Shown here one piece after another: positions 47,693 to 58,332 of a DNA stretch of 64,000 nucleotides. Position numbers and translations under genes: made by a program. Positions within the stretch are counted from its first letter, which is position 1; each line of letters opens with the position of its first letter. The notes under the pieces were generated by a model, which saw only the letters and a list, made by a program, of their open reading frames with translations, did no database searches and was not told the origin of the DNA. The stretch comes from Desulfomonilia bacterium (GTDB taxonomy: Bacteria; Desulfobacterota; Desulfomonilia; UBA1062), in the NCBI GenBank assembly GCA_963664325.2, contig CAXXDQ010000007.1:800001-864000 (forward strand). Reading direction: 5' to 3'.

Positions 47693-48739
47693 ATGAAAGA
47701 CTTCAGAAAATTCATGATAGTCCTGGTCCTGGTTTTCTCATGCAGGACGGCGGCGGCCATGGAGCCGCCCAAATTCTGGGAAATGGGAGATTTCAAGCTG
47801 GAAAGCGGCGAGGTCATCAAAGACTTCAAGCTGGCCTACCGCACCATGGGTGTCATGAACAAGAGCAAGTCGAATATCATACTCATGACCACATGGTTTT
47901 CAGGCACTTCCCAGGAGCTCGTCGACCTTGGGTATATCGGAGACGGGAAGATGCTGGATACCAGGAAGTATTATGTGATTGCCGTCGATGCGATCGGCAA
48001 CGGCGTGTCGAGTTCCCCATCAAACAGCCTGAAGCAGCCGGACGAGAAGTTCCCTCTTTTCTCAATCAGGGACATGGTGAATTCAGAGTACATGCTCTTG
48101 ACGAAGCATCTGAAGATAAGCCATATCCTTGCAGTTGCGGGCATATCGATGGGGGGCATGCAGGCCTTCCAGTGGATGGTCTCATACCCCGACTTCATGG
48201 ATAAGTCGGTCCCGATTGCCGGTACTCCCAGGCTTTCATCCTATGACATGCTTGCCTGGACAGCAGAGCTCAGGGTGATCGAGGCCGCAAAAAAATGCGG
48301 CACTGCAAACGATGAGATCATGAGAGAGATCACCCCGATACAGAACCTGTTTGTCTGGACGCCGAGTTTCCGTGCCTCGAACACAAAACCCGGGGATTTC
48401 GATACCTTCCTTGCCGATGCCGAAAAATCCCTGATCAAATACAATGCAACGGACTGGTCATGGCAGCTCAAGGCTATCATGACACAGGATATATTCAGAA
48501 ATTTCGGCGGGTCCGCAGACAAGGCAGCCCAGGCCGTGAAGGCCAGGGCTATGATAATAACTTCCGCACAGGACAACGCGGTTTATCCCGGACCGGCCAG
48601 GGCCTTTGCCGTTTTGATAAGCGCGGAGGCGCCGCAGCTTACAGGGGACTGCGGTCACTTCGAGTTCCTGTGCGCGCAGAGCCTGCTGGACAGCCTCGTA
48701 AACGGCTTCCTGGTAAAACCCGAAGAAAAGAAAAAATGA
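47693..48739 (+). CDS. Secreted alpha/beta hydrolase, homoserine O-acetyltransferase-like
   Basis: Signal peptide; FKLESG..I...KLAYRT.G; GISMGGMQA nucleophile elbow; catalytic Asp and GH motifs. Confidence 0.85.
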   Translation: MKDFRKFMIVLVLVFSCRTAAAMEPPKFWEMGDFKLESGEVIKDFKLAYRTMGVMNKSKSNIILMTTWFSGTSQELVDLGYIGDGKMLDTRKYYVIAVDAIGNGVSSSPSNSLKQPDEKFPLFSIRDMVNSEYMLLTKHLKISHILAVAGISMGGMQAFQWMVSYPDFMDKSVPIAGTPRLSSYDMLAWTAELRVIEAAKKCGTANDEIMREITPIQNLFVWTPSFRASNTKPGDFDTFLADAEKSLIKYNATDWSWQLKAIMTQDIFRNFGGSADKAAQAVKARAMIITSAQDNAVYPGPARAFAVLISAEAPQLTGDCGHFEFLCAQSLLDSLVNGFLVKPEEKKK

Positions 48740-48840
48740 ACGTGGTAATCCCAGGCAATGCGGCATGCCTTATGTTGAGCAGACCGCCTTTTCTTTTTGA
48801 GGCTGCGGAAAACTGAAACGGCAGACCTTTTAAAAAATAT

Positions 48841-49755
48841 ATGACCCCGGAGGCGGGTTTGAAAAAATACAGATTCAAGAAACTCGACGCCTTTGCATCG
48901 GGATACTCGTCAGGCAATCCGGCTGCCGCCGTTTATCCTGAAAGCTTCGATGATATCACTCGAGACGAGATGTCGCGGATTGCCAAGGAATTGAAAGGCT
49001 TCGTATCGGAAGTGGGCTATATCTGCAGGTCCGGTAAAACGGGCTTTAAACTGAGATATTTCTCGTCCGAGAAGGAAGTTGAATTCTGCGGCCACGCAAC
49101 GATTGCGATCATGTATGACATGCTGAAGGAAGATCCTGTGCTTTCAAAGCTGCCTTTAGTGACAATAGAGACAAACAAGGGTGTGCTCGATGTCGAGAAC
49201 AGGGTTTCAAGCGAAGACTGCGTTTTCATAACAGCCCCCGCGCCCGAATACACCGATAATTTTATCGCTCCTGATGAGATAGGCGAAGCTCTGGGCATCA
49301 GTCCGGATTCAATACGCCCGGATATTCCCCCAGGAATTGTAAATGCGGGAAACCAGACCCTCTGTGTGCCGATAAAATCCCTTGCTGAAGTTTTAAGAAT
49401 TTCCCCGGATTTTGAAAGGCTGAGGAAATTTTGCGAAGATGGCGGCCTCGATGTGGTGACGGTCTTTACCAATGATGTTTCAGACCCGTTGCGGGCCTAC
49501 AGGACCAGGGTCTTTGCAGCCCCGTTCGGTTATCTTGAAGATCCGGCGACAGGCTCCGGCAACGCCGCCCTCGGCTACCATCTGCTCAAATGCAATCTCT
49601 GGCGGGGTGAAGCCCTTATCCTCGAGCAGAACAACGACATGTCCAACCCGAATATAATCAGGCTCGCTTCAAAGCAGGACCCCCAAGGTCATGAAAGAGT
49701 CATCTTCGGCGGCTCTGCAATCACCAGGATCGACGGTTTCTATCAGATTCCCTGA
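48841..49755 (+). CDS. PhzF-family isomerase
   Basis: DAFA...GNPAA, EVEFCGHAT and EDPATGSGN. Confidence 0.92.
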   Translation: MTPEAGLKKYRFKKLDAFASGYSSGNPAAAVYPESFDDITRDEMSRIAKELKGFVSEVGYICRSGKTGFKLRYFSSEKEVEFCGHATIAIMYDMLKEDPVLSKLPLVTIETNKGVLDVENRVSSEDCVFITAPAPEYTDNFIAPDEIGEALGISPDSIRPDIPPGIVNAGNQTLCVPIKSLAEVLRISPDFERLRKFCEDGGLDVVTVFTNDVSDPLRAYRTRVFAAPFGYLEDPATGSGNAALGYHLLKCNLWRGEALILEQNNDMSNPNIIRLASKQDPQGHERVIFGGSAITRIDGFYQIP

Positions 49756-49844
49756 CGGACGGATCCATGTTACAATTTTTTTGTTTTTAATATTATTGAA
49801 ACGGTGTTTAAGAATTTTTAAATTCACAGGTACGGAGGAAGATC

Positions 49845-50330
49845 ATGAAAAAGATCCTGATGCTGGCATTACTGGTTTTATTTTCGGGCTGCGCTTTCTT
49901 ATCCGGCAATGTCGTGAAAAATTACGACGCGGACAGGATCGTCCATTACAGCAAGATCAGCGGGATAACCGGTGATATCGGGAATTATGCATTTTATATC
50001 GACAAGGGCGACAAAATCCCCGTTTCTCTGAACGTAGAGACAGGCCTTGCCAGTGCCTCCGACAAGATCGAGCTCACTTCCGGCACGAAACTTTATTTCA
50101 CGCTTAACATTCCGGCGGGCATTGAAAAGATGGATGAAAAAGAAAGGAACAGGGCCTTAAAGGACATAAAAATCTATATCAGCAGGGACGCGGTCAACTG
50201 GACTCCTTATACCGACCTGAAAGCCGTCAAGAAGATGCTGGGCATTGAAAAGGGTTCCGTGAGCTACGGGGCATCGATAACAAAGGAAGAAGGCCTCAAG
50301 CTGAACGTCGATGTAAAGGCAGGGAAATAA
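49845..50330 (+). CDS. Hypothetical lipoprotein
   Basis: MKK + hydrophobic stretch + LFSGC lipobox; GGAGG RBS. Confidence 0.75.
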   Translation: MKKILMLALLVLFSGCAFLSGNVVKNYDADRIVHYSKISGITGDIGNYAFYIDKGDKIPVSLNVETGLASASDKIELTSGTKLYFTLNIPAGIEKMDEKERNRALKDIKIYISRDAVNWTPYTDLKAVKKMLGIEKGSVSYGASITKEEGLKLNVDVKAGK

Positions 50331-50338
50331 GGACCATC

Positions 50339-51124
50339 ATGGAATACAGCGAGTATAAAAAGATCTCGGATGATTATCACCTGAGGTTCGCCAGGTATAA
50401 CCGGATAAAAAAGGCGATCCTCATAAAGTATTTCAAGTATTACCACAGGCTTCTTGTGATCGGGCAGGAAAATATCCCTGACGGTCCAGCCATCCTGGCG
50501 CCCAACCATCCGGGGGGCATGGAGCTTGATATTTTCGCGCTTGAATACTGCGGACATAAAACGAGGGAGATAACGACCCTGGTGGTTGAAAGCTGGCATT
50601 TTCTGAATCATGCCTGGGGCCGGTGGTATGTGGGCGGCGGGATACCGCTATGGATGACGGGCGGCTTGAGGTACGACTACACTGACCCGTATCTTAAAGA
50701 GGGCGGTGAAAAATATCCCGGGATTATATGCATATACCCCGAAGGCAATGTCCCGCATTTCAGGGACAGGAACAGCGTGTTCAAGTATTTTCCGGGAGTG
50801 GTGAGGCTCGCACTTCATTACAGAGCCCCGATAATTCCTGTCGCGCTGATCAACTTTTCCGAGGCCTGTCCGGTCGTCAAAATCATTCCGAAGGAAAAAA
50901 TGCCTGACGACATAATCTGCCTGCCGTTTGCGTTTCCTCTTAAGCTCAGGATCGAATACGGCAAACCGGTCTACCTTGATGAATATTACGGCAGGCGGCT
51001 TTCAAAGGCCGAGGAGTTCTGGATTGCGAACGAGATTGTAAAGCCTGCTTATGTCGATCTGAGACAGAAGTACCACAGGATGGACGTGAAACCGGTTGAT
51101 GTCGAAATGAAAAAACCTGATTGA
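50339..51124 (+). CDS. PlsC-like lysophospholipid acyltransferase
   Basis: NHPGGMELD (Hx5D variant), IYPEG and APIIPVA. Confidence 0.82.
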   Translation: MEYSEYKKISDDYHLRFARYNRIKKAILIKYFKYYHRLLVIGQENIPDGPAILAPNHPGGMELDIFALEYCGHKTREITTLVVESWHFLNHAWGRWYVGGGIPLWMTGGLRYDYTDPYLKEGGEKYPGIICIYPEGNVPHFRDRNSVFKYFPGVVRLALHYRAPIIPVALINFSEACPVVKIIPKEKMPDDIICLPFAFPLKLRIEYGKPVYLDEYYGRRLSKAEEFWIANEIVKPAYVDLRQKYHRMDVKPVDVEMKKPD

Positions 51125-51150
51125 ATGACTTGCATGGGAAATGGAGGGAA

Positions 51151-52389
51151 ATGAAAATGGCTGAAGAAGTTAAAAAGAGGAGAACAGGTAAAACAATTTT
51201 AAAGATTCTGGCGGTTATCCTTGTTGTCCTGGTTATTGCCGGGGTCTATAACCACAAGCGCATTGCCAGGCTGTATTATGCCGTTACCCTGTTCGATGCC
51301 GCCAGGGTCGTGGAAAATTTCAGGAGCATCGGGGATAAGTTCGACAGCAGGACCATCCATCACGGGAAAGACGTTTTCAAATTCAAATATGACCTCAAGA
51401 AACTCCCTGAAACATACACCTATAAGGGAGAGGTGAAGAACACAAAGGCCTTCATCGACCACACCTGGACAACAGGGCTTGTTGTCGTGAAAGACGACAC
51501 CATCCTTTTCGAGGACTATTACCTGGGAAATGCGCAGGATTCAAAAACGATCGCATGGTCCGTGACAAAATCCTTCAACTCGGCCCTTTTCGGAATAGCG
51601 ATTTCAGAGGGCAAGATCAAGAGCATCGAGCAGACCGTGACCGATTACCTGCCCGAACTGAAATCGTCCGGTTATAACGGGGTGCGGATCAAGGACGTCC
51701 TTCAGATGTCCTCGGGAGTCAAATTCGACGAGGATTACGGCGACTTCAATTCCGACATAAACAGGATGGGCAGGTATTTTGCGTTGAATATTCCCCTCAG
51801 TAAATTCGTGGCTTCGCTGAAACCGGATATGAAACCCGGGACATTCAACCACTATGTGAGCATGGATACACAGGTACTGGGGATGATTATAGTAGCGGCA
51901 ACGGGCCGGAATCTTTCGGATTATATGGAGGAAAAGCTCTGGAAGCCCCTGGGAATGGAATATGACGCCATCTGGATAATTGACAGCGACGGCATGGAGG
52001 CCGCTTTCGGAGGCCTCTGCGCGGCGCTCAGGGATTATGCTCGCTTCGGCAGGCTTTACCTGCATCAGGGCAACTGGAACGGTGCACAGATTGTGCCTGC
52101 GCAGTGGGTGAAGGATTCGGTCACTCCCGACGCCCCGCACCTGATGCCGGGCAAAAGGAAGAATTCGGATTCCATCATGGGATACGGATATCAATGGTGG
52201 ATTCCGGAAAACTCGGACGGCGATTTCATGGCAATAGGCATTTACGGCCAGGCCATCTACGTATCACCCAGGGACAACATCGTGATCGCGAGATCCGCCG
52301 CATATGCAGGCTATGACAATGACGGGGAGCAGATGGAGATCGAGTCGGCCGAATTCTTCAGGGCCATTGCAAAAAATATCGGAAAATAA
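51151..52389 (+). CDS. Serine hydrolase, beta-lactamase class C/NylB-like, membrane-anchored
   Basis: WSVTKS (SxxK), LQMSSG, YVSMD, LWKPLGM, YGYQWW and AIGIYGQ. Confidence 0.88.
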   Translation: MKMAEEVKKRRTGKTILKILAVILVVLVIAGVYNHKRIARLYYAVTLFDAARVVENFRSIGDKFDSRTIHHGKDVFKFKYDLKKLPETYTYKGEVKNTKAFIDHTWTTGLVVVKDDTILFEDYYLGNAQDSKTIAWSVTKSFNSALFGIAISEGKIKSIEQTVTDYLPELKSSGYNGVRIKDVLQMSSGVKFDEDYGDFNSDINRMGRYFALNIPLSKFVASLKPDMKPGTFNHYVSMDTQVLGMIIVAATGRNLSDYMEEKLWKPLGMEYDAIWIIDSDGMEAAFGGLCAALRDYARFGRLYLHQGNWNGAQIVPAQWVKDSVTPDAPHLMPGKRKNSDSIMGYGYQWWIPENSDGDFMAIGIYGQAIYVSPRDNIVIARSAAYAGYDNDGEQMEIESAEFFRAIAKNIGK

Positions 52390-52558
52390 CAAAAGTGGTG
52401 AGTGAAGATTGGTGAGATAAAAAAATGCTCATGCAACTGACATGATATTTCGAATATATCTTTTGAAATATCATGTCAGATGTATCTGCAAAACCTCTGG
52501 AACAGTCATGTTCAGGAACGATTGAAACCGGATATCTCTTAAAAAAGGGGGCTTTAAT

Positions 52559-52834
52559 ATGGTCAGTGCAATAGTTTTGATCAATACCGAGAGAAAAAGG
52601 ATAAATGAGGTTGCGGAAAAACTGGTGCAGATCGACGGGATAACAGAGGTGTATTCGGTTGCCGGCGAATATGACCTGATTGCAATAGTAAGGGTGGCCG
52701 ACAACCAGTCGATGGCCGATGTCGTGACAGGACAGATGTCAAAGGTGGAAGGAATTGTAAAGACAAGGACCATGATCGCCTTCACGGTGTTATCAAAGCA
52801 TGACCTTGAAAGGATGTTTTCAATCGGGGCGTGA
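52559..52834 (+). CDS. Stand-alone Lrp/AsnC ligand-binding (RAM) domain protein
   Basis: EVYSVAGEYDLIAIVRV and GIVKTRTMI; no HTH. Confidence 0.85.
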   Translation: MVSAIVLINTERKRINEVAEKLVQIDGITEVYSVAGEYDLIAIVRVADNQSMADVVTGQMSKVEGIVKTRTMIAFTVLSKHDLERMFSIGA

Positions 52835-53174
52835 CGGTGACATCATTGTGCACGGCACCGACAGGTCAATTGCTGCTGTCATCATACGACAGGCTGAATT
52901 CAACTGTTTTCATGGCATCGGTCGCCGGGCTCATTATGCAACCTGCACTGCCGGAACCTTCTCCTATCGGGTAGAGGTTTTCATATTCACGGTTTCTTAT
53001 TTTCTGCCGCGCCTGATCCCTATCGGGCATGAGGTCCCTGTCTCCACGCCCGGCAGCATCCTGTGGTCTGAAACAAACAGAGTTTTCGGCTGGCAATATT
53101 TGAGAAGCGGATTAAAATATGCGAACAGATATGAGAAGGGCTGCAGGGCCGGATGATTCGAGGGCGGATAAGAT

Positions 53175-53648
53175 ATGATTGATTATCAGGTAACAGATGA
53201 GAAGGATCTTGAAAAGATAAGGCCCCTCTGGGAAGGGCTGAACGAGCACCATCATGCGAAAGCGCGCCATTTCCGGCGCCATTATGAAACATGGGGCTTC
53301 GATGACAGGAAGGCTTACTTTGATAAAATTGCCGGTGCGGGAACGCTGCGCATAGACCTCGCCTTTGATAATGACAAGAAAAGGTATGTCGGGTACTGCG
53401 TGAGCTTCATTTCAAAAGAAAGGCATGGGGAGATAGAATCGATTTTCATAGAGGAGGCTTACCGCTCGCAGGGCGTTGGAACGGAACTCCTGTCAAGGGC
53501 CCTTTCATGGATGGATGCCAAGGAAGTCCTCAGAAAGAGGGTCGCCGTTGCCGACGGCAATGAAGATGCCTGGGGATTTTACCGGAAGTTCGGATTTTAT
53601 CCGCGCATGATGCTGCTTGAGCAGAAGAATAAACACGACGGCAGTTGA
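53175..53648 (+). CDS. GNAT family N-acetyltransferase
   Basis: IFIEEAYRSQGVG and N..AWGFYRKFGF. Confidence 0.9.
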   Translation: MIDYQVTDEKDLEKIRPLWEGLNEHHHAKARHFRRHYETWGFDDRKAYFDKIAGAGTLRIDLAFDNDKKRYVGYCVSFISKERHGEIESIFIEEAYRSQGVGTELLSRALSWMDAKEVLRKRVAVADGNEDAWGFYRKFGFYPRMMLLEQKNKHDGS

Positions 53649-53733
53649 ACCGATCGGAATAAAAATAAAATGCGCGACGGATAAACGTATGGTAACCGTA
53701 CATAATCATAATTAATATTTCCGGAGGCTGTGG

Positions 53734-54774
53734 ATGCAGAACGAAATCATAAAAAGCATTAACCTTTTGGACGGCAGCGGCCATATCACCGAAGAGGGAT
53801 GGGCCAGGTTTCCTTACTGGAAATATGACAGGCAGGCAATAAAGGCCTCAGCCCTGAGGATCAAGGAATGGGACTATTACGCCGTGCTCTCCGGGGACAA
53901 AAAATACGGACTGACCTTCACGGTCAGCGACCTGGGTTACCTGGGGCTCTCCGCAATATGCTTCCTTGATTTCGAGAAGAGATATTTCAAACAGGTCGAT
54001 ACCATGAGCATCCTGCCCCTGGGCAAAACCGGGTTTCCTGCGGGAAGCGAAGACAGCGGGACCATAAGGTTCGCCGACAAGAAGCTATCTGTCGAATATG
54101 TGATGGCGCCCGGAAAGAGGACCATCAGGTTCGAGTGTCCGGGCATGGTCGATGCGCATGGAAACAAAGGGCTTAAGGGCGAGATCACGCTGATGCAGCC
54201 CGAAGGCATTGAGAGCATGGTGATAGCGACCTCGTGGAAGGAGAACAGGAAGGCCTTCTACTATAACCGCAAGATTAACTGCATGCCCGCTTCGGGATAT
54301 TTCGAAATCGGGGCCAGAAGGTATCCCTTTGAGCCCGGAAAAGACTTCGGCGTGCTGGACTGGGGCCGGGGCAACTGGACCTACAAGAACCGCTGGTACT
54401 GGGGCTCGGCCTCGGGGCTGGCCGAGGGCGTGCCCTTCGGCTGGAACATTGGCTACGGGTTCAGCGACCGCACGCCTGCCACGGAAAACGTCATCTTTTA
54501 TAGCGGCAAGGCGCACAAAATAACGGATGTGACCTTTCATATCGACACCTCGGACTACTTAAAGCCCTGGATATTCACCAGCAGCGACGGCCGGTTCGAG
54601 ATGGCGTTTGAGCCTGCAATAGACAGGGCCAGCGCCGTCAACCTGCTTATTTTGAAATCCGTCCAGCACCAGGTCTTCGGGTACTTTACCGGAAAGGCCG
54701 TCCTGGACGACGGCAGGACAATAAACATCAAAAACTTCCTGGGCTTTGCGGAAGACGTTCTGAATTGGTATTAA
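53734..54774 (+). CDS. DUF2804 family protein
   Basis: GWAR, KEWDYY, LDWGRG.W.Y...WYW and QHQVFG.F.G motifs. Confidence 0.8.
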   Translation: MQNEIIKSINLLDGSGHITEEGWARFPYWKYDRQAIKASALRIKEWDYYAVLSGDKKYGLTFTVSDLGYLGLSAICFLDFEKRYFKQVDTMSILPLGKTGFPAGSEDSGTIRFADKKLSVEYVMAPGKRTIRFECPGMVDAHGNKGLKGEITLMQPEGIESMVIATSWKENRKAFYYNRKINCMPASGYFEIGARRYPFEPGKDFGVLDWGRGNWTYKNRWYWGSASGLAEGVPFGWNIGYGFSDRTPATENVIFYSGKAHKITDVTFHIDTSDYLKPWIFTSSDGRFEMAFEPAIDRASAVNLLILKSVQHQVFGYFTGKAVLDDGRTINIKNFLGFAEDVLNWY

Positions 54775-54866
54775 GTTATTCTGCTTCACAATCAAGGCCT
54801 TCGCGATGTCTGCCCTGCAGGTGGAATATTGAAGGCAGAATGGAATCGGCTGAATTATGAGGGGTT

Positions 54867-56411
54867 ATGAAAAGGAAAAATCTTGACAGGCGTGAGTTCA
54901 TAAAGCTTGGCGCGGCATCAGGTGCGGCGATAATGCTCGGAGGCATTACCGCATGCGGCGCAGGCAGCAATTACGACAGTCCTCAAAGTGAATCTGATGG
55001 ACAGAATACATCAACTCCGAAAGTTGAGAGCAGGGAATTCGATGTCATAATTGCAGGGGCAGGCCCCGGGGGCTGCCTTGCGGCGTTAAGGCTTGCGCAG
55101 CAGGGATTTTCAGTAGGCCTTTTCGATTCCGGAAACGAGGACAGGCTCGGGAAACAAGTCGTTCTAGCAGTGGAAAGGGATATCTTCGGGGCAGTCGGTC
55201 TGGCCTGTCCCGAAGGCGATGTCCTTGCCTATGAAAATGATTGCGAGCGCATTTTCTCACCCGCCGGCAAGGAATGCTTTATGATCGACTGCAGAGAATA
55301 CCCCATGCCTCAAGCCATTCATCTCGACAGATTCACCCGCTCTATCTTTGCCGAAGCCCTTGAAAAAGGCGTGAATTTCTTCGGCGGATACAGGGCTGTG
55401 GCGCCTTTGTGCTCAGGGAGGCGCGTCTACGGCGCCAGGTTTGAAAGCCCTGAAGGAACGGCTGAAGTGAAAGCAGGGCTGGTCATTGACGCAACCGGCT
55501 ACAGCGCCGCGCTCACCCGCAATCTGCCGGCTTCATTTGACATGAGATTCAAGGAATCGAGCTCGGACATTGTAAGCGCCGCAAACAGGTTCTACACGAT
55601 CGATTATGACGCTGCAGACTCGGCAATCGATAAAGGCCTTCAGGGGGCCGAAGAAGGCTGGAACCGCATGGGCAAATTCGGCGTCTATTCAACTTTTTTC
55701 TCGTGCCTGTCGCTCAAGAAAGGCCAGGCCTTTGTCCTTACCGGATGCAAGAAGGATTTTGAAACAGAGGCCCTTTCGGCAAAAACAGCGGCCGACAGCT
55801 TCATGGATGAACTTGGTTGCTTCAATGAAAAAATATCCGCGGCGGAGTCTCTGATAAGGATCAGCAATTCGCTCGATGCGCCTGTTGCAGACGGGTTCAT
55901 GGCGATAGGAGAGGCCGCATGCCAGACGGTCACAATACATGCAAGCGGCGTGGCCTCTTCACTTTATGCCGGGCATCTGGCCGCCAAAGCCGCAACTGAA
56001 GCACTGAAGGCCGGAAGCACGTCCAAAACGGCCCTCTGGCCTTATGCCGCGGCATACCAGAGGACAAGGGGGGCTATTATCGCAGGGCTGGAAGTTACGC
56101 GCAGGACCGTTGACAGGCTGAGAGTGGAAGATTTAAACATATTGATAGAGTCGGGCATAATGCACAAGGAAGATTATATCGGCGGCGTACTGGTTAAAGA
56201 TCCGGCAATCACTGCGGCTAGCATACCGGACCGCATGGACGGCTTTTTAAAACACCCGGCTTACATCCCGGTGCTCCTGAAGATGGGGCTGACGGCACAG
56301 AAGGTTTCAAGGCACTACAAAAAATATCCTGACAGGTATAACGTGCAGGAGTTTACCGGGTGGCGCTCGGAAAAGGACAGGCTTTTCACTTCGATCGAGG
56401 AGCAGGCATAA
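54867..56411 (+). CDS. Tat-exported FAD-dependent oxidoreductase (geranylgeranyl reductase-like), probable lipoprotein
   Basis: DRREFIK twin-arginine signal ending ITAC; DVIIAGAGPGG, VIDATG and AIGEAACQ...GV. Confidence 0.78.
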   Translation: MKRKNLDRREFIKLGAASGAAIMLGGITACGAGSNYDSPQSESDGQNTSTPKVESREFDVIIAGAGPGGCLAALRLAQQGFSVGLFDSGNEDRLGKQVVLAVERDIFGAVGLACPEGDVLAYENDCERIFSPAGKECFMIDCREYPMPQAIHLDRFTRSIFAEALEKGVNFFGGYRAVAPLCSGRRVYGARFESPEGTAEVKAGLVIDATGYSAALTRNLPASFDMRFKESSSDIVSAANRFYTIDYDAADSAIDKGLQGAEEGWNRMGKFGVYSTFFSCLSLKKGQAFVLTGCKKDFETEALSAKTAADSFMDELGCFNEKISAAESLIRISNSLDAPVADGFMAIGEAACQTVTIHASGVASSLYAGHLAAKAATEALKAGSTSKTALWPYAAAYQRTRGAIIAGLEVTRRTVDRLRVEDLNILIESGIMHKEDYIGGVLVKDPAITAASIPDRMDGFLKHPAYIPVLLKMGLTAQKVSRHYKKYPDRYNVQEFTGWRSEKDRLFTSIEEQA

Positions 56412-56972
56412 ATGTTTAAAAAACGCATTTTTACATTAAAGACATTTGCAGAAGGTCTTGCAGGCCTTATCCTGGGCCTGCCCGGCACGGTTGGCGCCCG
56501 CGTGCACAAGGGCATAACCCATGCTTTTGCGGAAAAGCTGAGGCTGTCGACAACATCCGTAAACGGCTGCGTGTACTGCTCGTACACTCACACCATGCTT
56601 GCCATAAGGGCCGGGATATCAGGAGAGGAAATCGGCCTCCTGCTCAAGGGAGACCTCGGATGCGAGGTGGATTCATCCGAAACCCCGGGCCTCATATTCG
56701 CGCAGCATTACGCGGAAACAGGGGGCAACCCGGATACGGTTATGCTTGAAAAACTGGAGTCCGCTTACGGCGGGAGGCTCTCAAGGGATATCCTTGCCCT
56801 GGTCAGGGAAATCGAGTTCGCCAATCTGAACGGCAACACGTTCGAGGCCTTTCTCAGCAGGATGAGGGGAAATGCTGCGCCCGGCAGCAGCCCTTTGTTT
56901 GAAGCCCTCTTCTTTCTTGTAAACCTCCCGATCCTCGGGCCGCTGCACCTTATTATGAAAATGAAGAAATAG
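56412..56972 (+). CDS. AhpD-like/carboxymuconolactone decarboxylase family protein
   Basis: EKL.L..TSVNGCVYCSYTH, the AhpD CxxC motif; starts immediately after the upstream stop. Confidence 0.82.
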   Translation: MFKKRIFTLKTFAEGLAGLILGLPGTVGARVHKGITHAFAEKLRLSTTSVNGCVYCSYTHTMLAIRAGISGEEIGLLLKGDLGCEVDSSETPGLIFAQHYAETGGNPDTVMLEKLESAYGGRLSRDILALVREIEFANLNGNTFEAFLSRMRGNAAPGSSPLFEALFFLVNLPILGPLHLIMKMKK

Positions 56973-57256
56973 GCCAGCCCTTATAAACTCAAATCAGGCA
57001 TGAATGACAGAATAACCGGATATCCTGACCGTCTTTCAGGGGACAGGCGGGCAAACGCATTTTGCGGACATAAAGCAACACATGCAGGGTTGTCTTAAAA
57101 TCAAAAAAATCGTTAAAAAAATTTTCCGTGGTAATTTTTTTATTAAAATTTCCGATATAATATATGATCCGGCCTGAAGGGTGTTTATAACGATTCCGAC
57201 ATGAATGCCTGCGAGCGGACAACCAGTAACGGACAAGAAAAATGACGGGAGGTAGC

Positions 57257-57775
57257 ATGAATACGATTGGAAGATATTGCCTGTTGACAATATGTGCATG
57301 TTTTCTCTTTTCCGGATGTTCGACGATTAATGAAAAGCGCGTGCCTGTCGCGGAAAACGTCGCGGGCAAAGGTTCGGTCATCGTGTCGTGCTACGATGAC
57401 ATGGGCGACAAGGGGGTCGAGCTTTTAACTAGGCGTCTCATGATAATGGCCCTTTACAGCGGAAAACCGGACCGCGACGGTTCAGAGATTATAAAACAGG
57501 TTGAAGCCCCGACATTCAACGTGGGAAACCTTGAGCCCGGTGCATATTATTTGAGGATAAGCGGCTGGAAGGATGAAAACGGAAAGCTCAATTCTTCCAA
57601 ATCAAGGGATTACAAGCTGAAAATCGAACCCGGGAAAGAAACCGAGGTCAGCGTCATCATATCGGATTACATGAAATCAGGCATCCTGGTCGGAGGGGTC
57701 GTTGTTGGAACCGTGGCCGTCGCCAGTGTGATTTTTTCCGTTGTACTGGTCCTGGCACTGATTGCGGCAATATAA
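57257..57775 (+). CDS. Hypothetical lipoprotein with C-terminal TM helix
   Basis: LFSGC lipobox; beta-rich NLEPGAYYLRI; long hydrophobic C-terminus. Confidence 0.7.
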   Translation: MNTIGRYCLLTICACFLFSGCSTINEKRVPVAENVAGKGSVIVSCYDDMGDKGVELLTRRLMIMALYSGKPDRDGSEIIKQVEAPTFNVGNLEPGAYYLRISGWKDENGKLNSSKSRDYKLKIEPGKETEVSVIISDYMKSGILVGGVVVGTVAVASVIFSVVLVLALIAAI

Positions 57776-57801
57776 ACCTGCGGGTTTGGAGGGGTAAAGG
57801 A

Positions 57802-58185
57802 ATGAAAAATATTGATGATATACTGGCCGGAGCCGCGACTGACTATGCGGTCGGCGTCAAAGTCATACCAATGGCAGGGAATGAAAGACTTTCCCTACTT
57901 GCCGCCGAGGTCGGGACCGGAAAGGAACTCAAGCCCCATTACCACAAGAACAGCATAGAGATATATTTCATTGAACAGGGTACGGGCATAATGAAACTCG
58001 GCGACCTGAAGGCAGACGGAGATGTCCAGTGGACGGATATATTTGATGTCAAAAAAGGCGACTGCGTAACGATAAGCCCGAATCAGGTCCATACACTTAG
58101 AAACACAGGGGAGGAAAACCTTATTATAATAGTCGGCTGTCCGATGACTAACATAACGACCGACCGGTTTGTAATAAACAGATAG
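57802..58185 (+). CDS. Cupin domain protein
   Basis: PHYH....EIY.I.QG.G and GD.VTI.PNQVH.LRN. Confidence 0.88.
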   Translation: MKNIDDILAGAATDYAVGVKVIPMAGNERLSLLAAEVGTGKELKPHYHKNSIEIYFIEQGTGIMKLGDLKADGDVQWTDIFDVKKGDCVTISPNQVHTLRNTGEENLIIIVGCPMTNITTDRFVINR

Positions 58186-58332
58186 CCGGGCAGTCGAGCT
58201 GTTGAACCGGTAAGAAGAATCTATACCTTTCTTGCGCTGTGCATCTTTCATGCAGATATATGCCCGGGAAGGATTATCAAAAAGCCCTAACCTTCCGATA
58301 AGACTTTGACAGCCTGTAAAAAGGAGACATCA

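Noticed and set aside
57045-57100. GGGCAAAC...GGAC...AAAGC resembling a c-di-GMP-I riboswitch
   Set aside because: It lacks the GNRA tetraloop and receptor, and the second stem is unconvincing; an Rfam covariance search would be needed.
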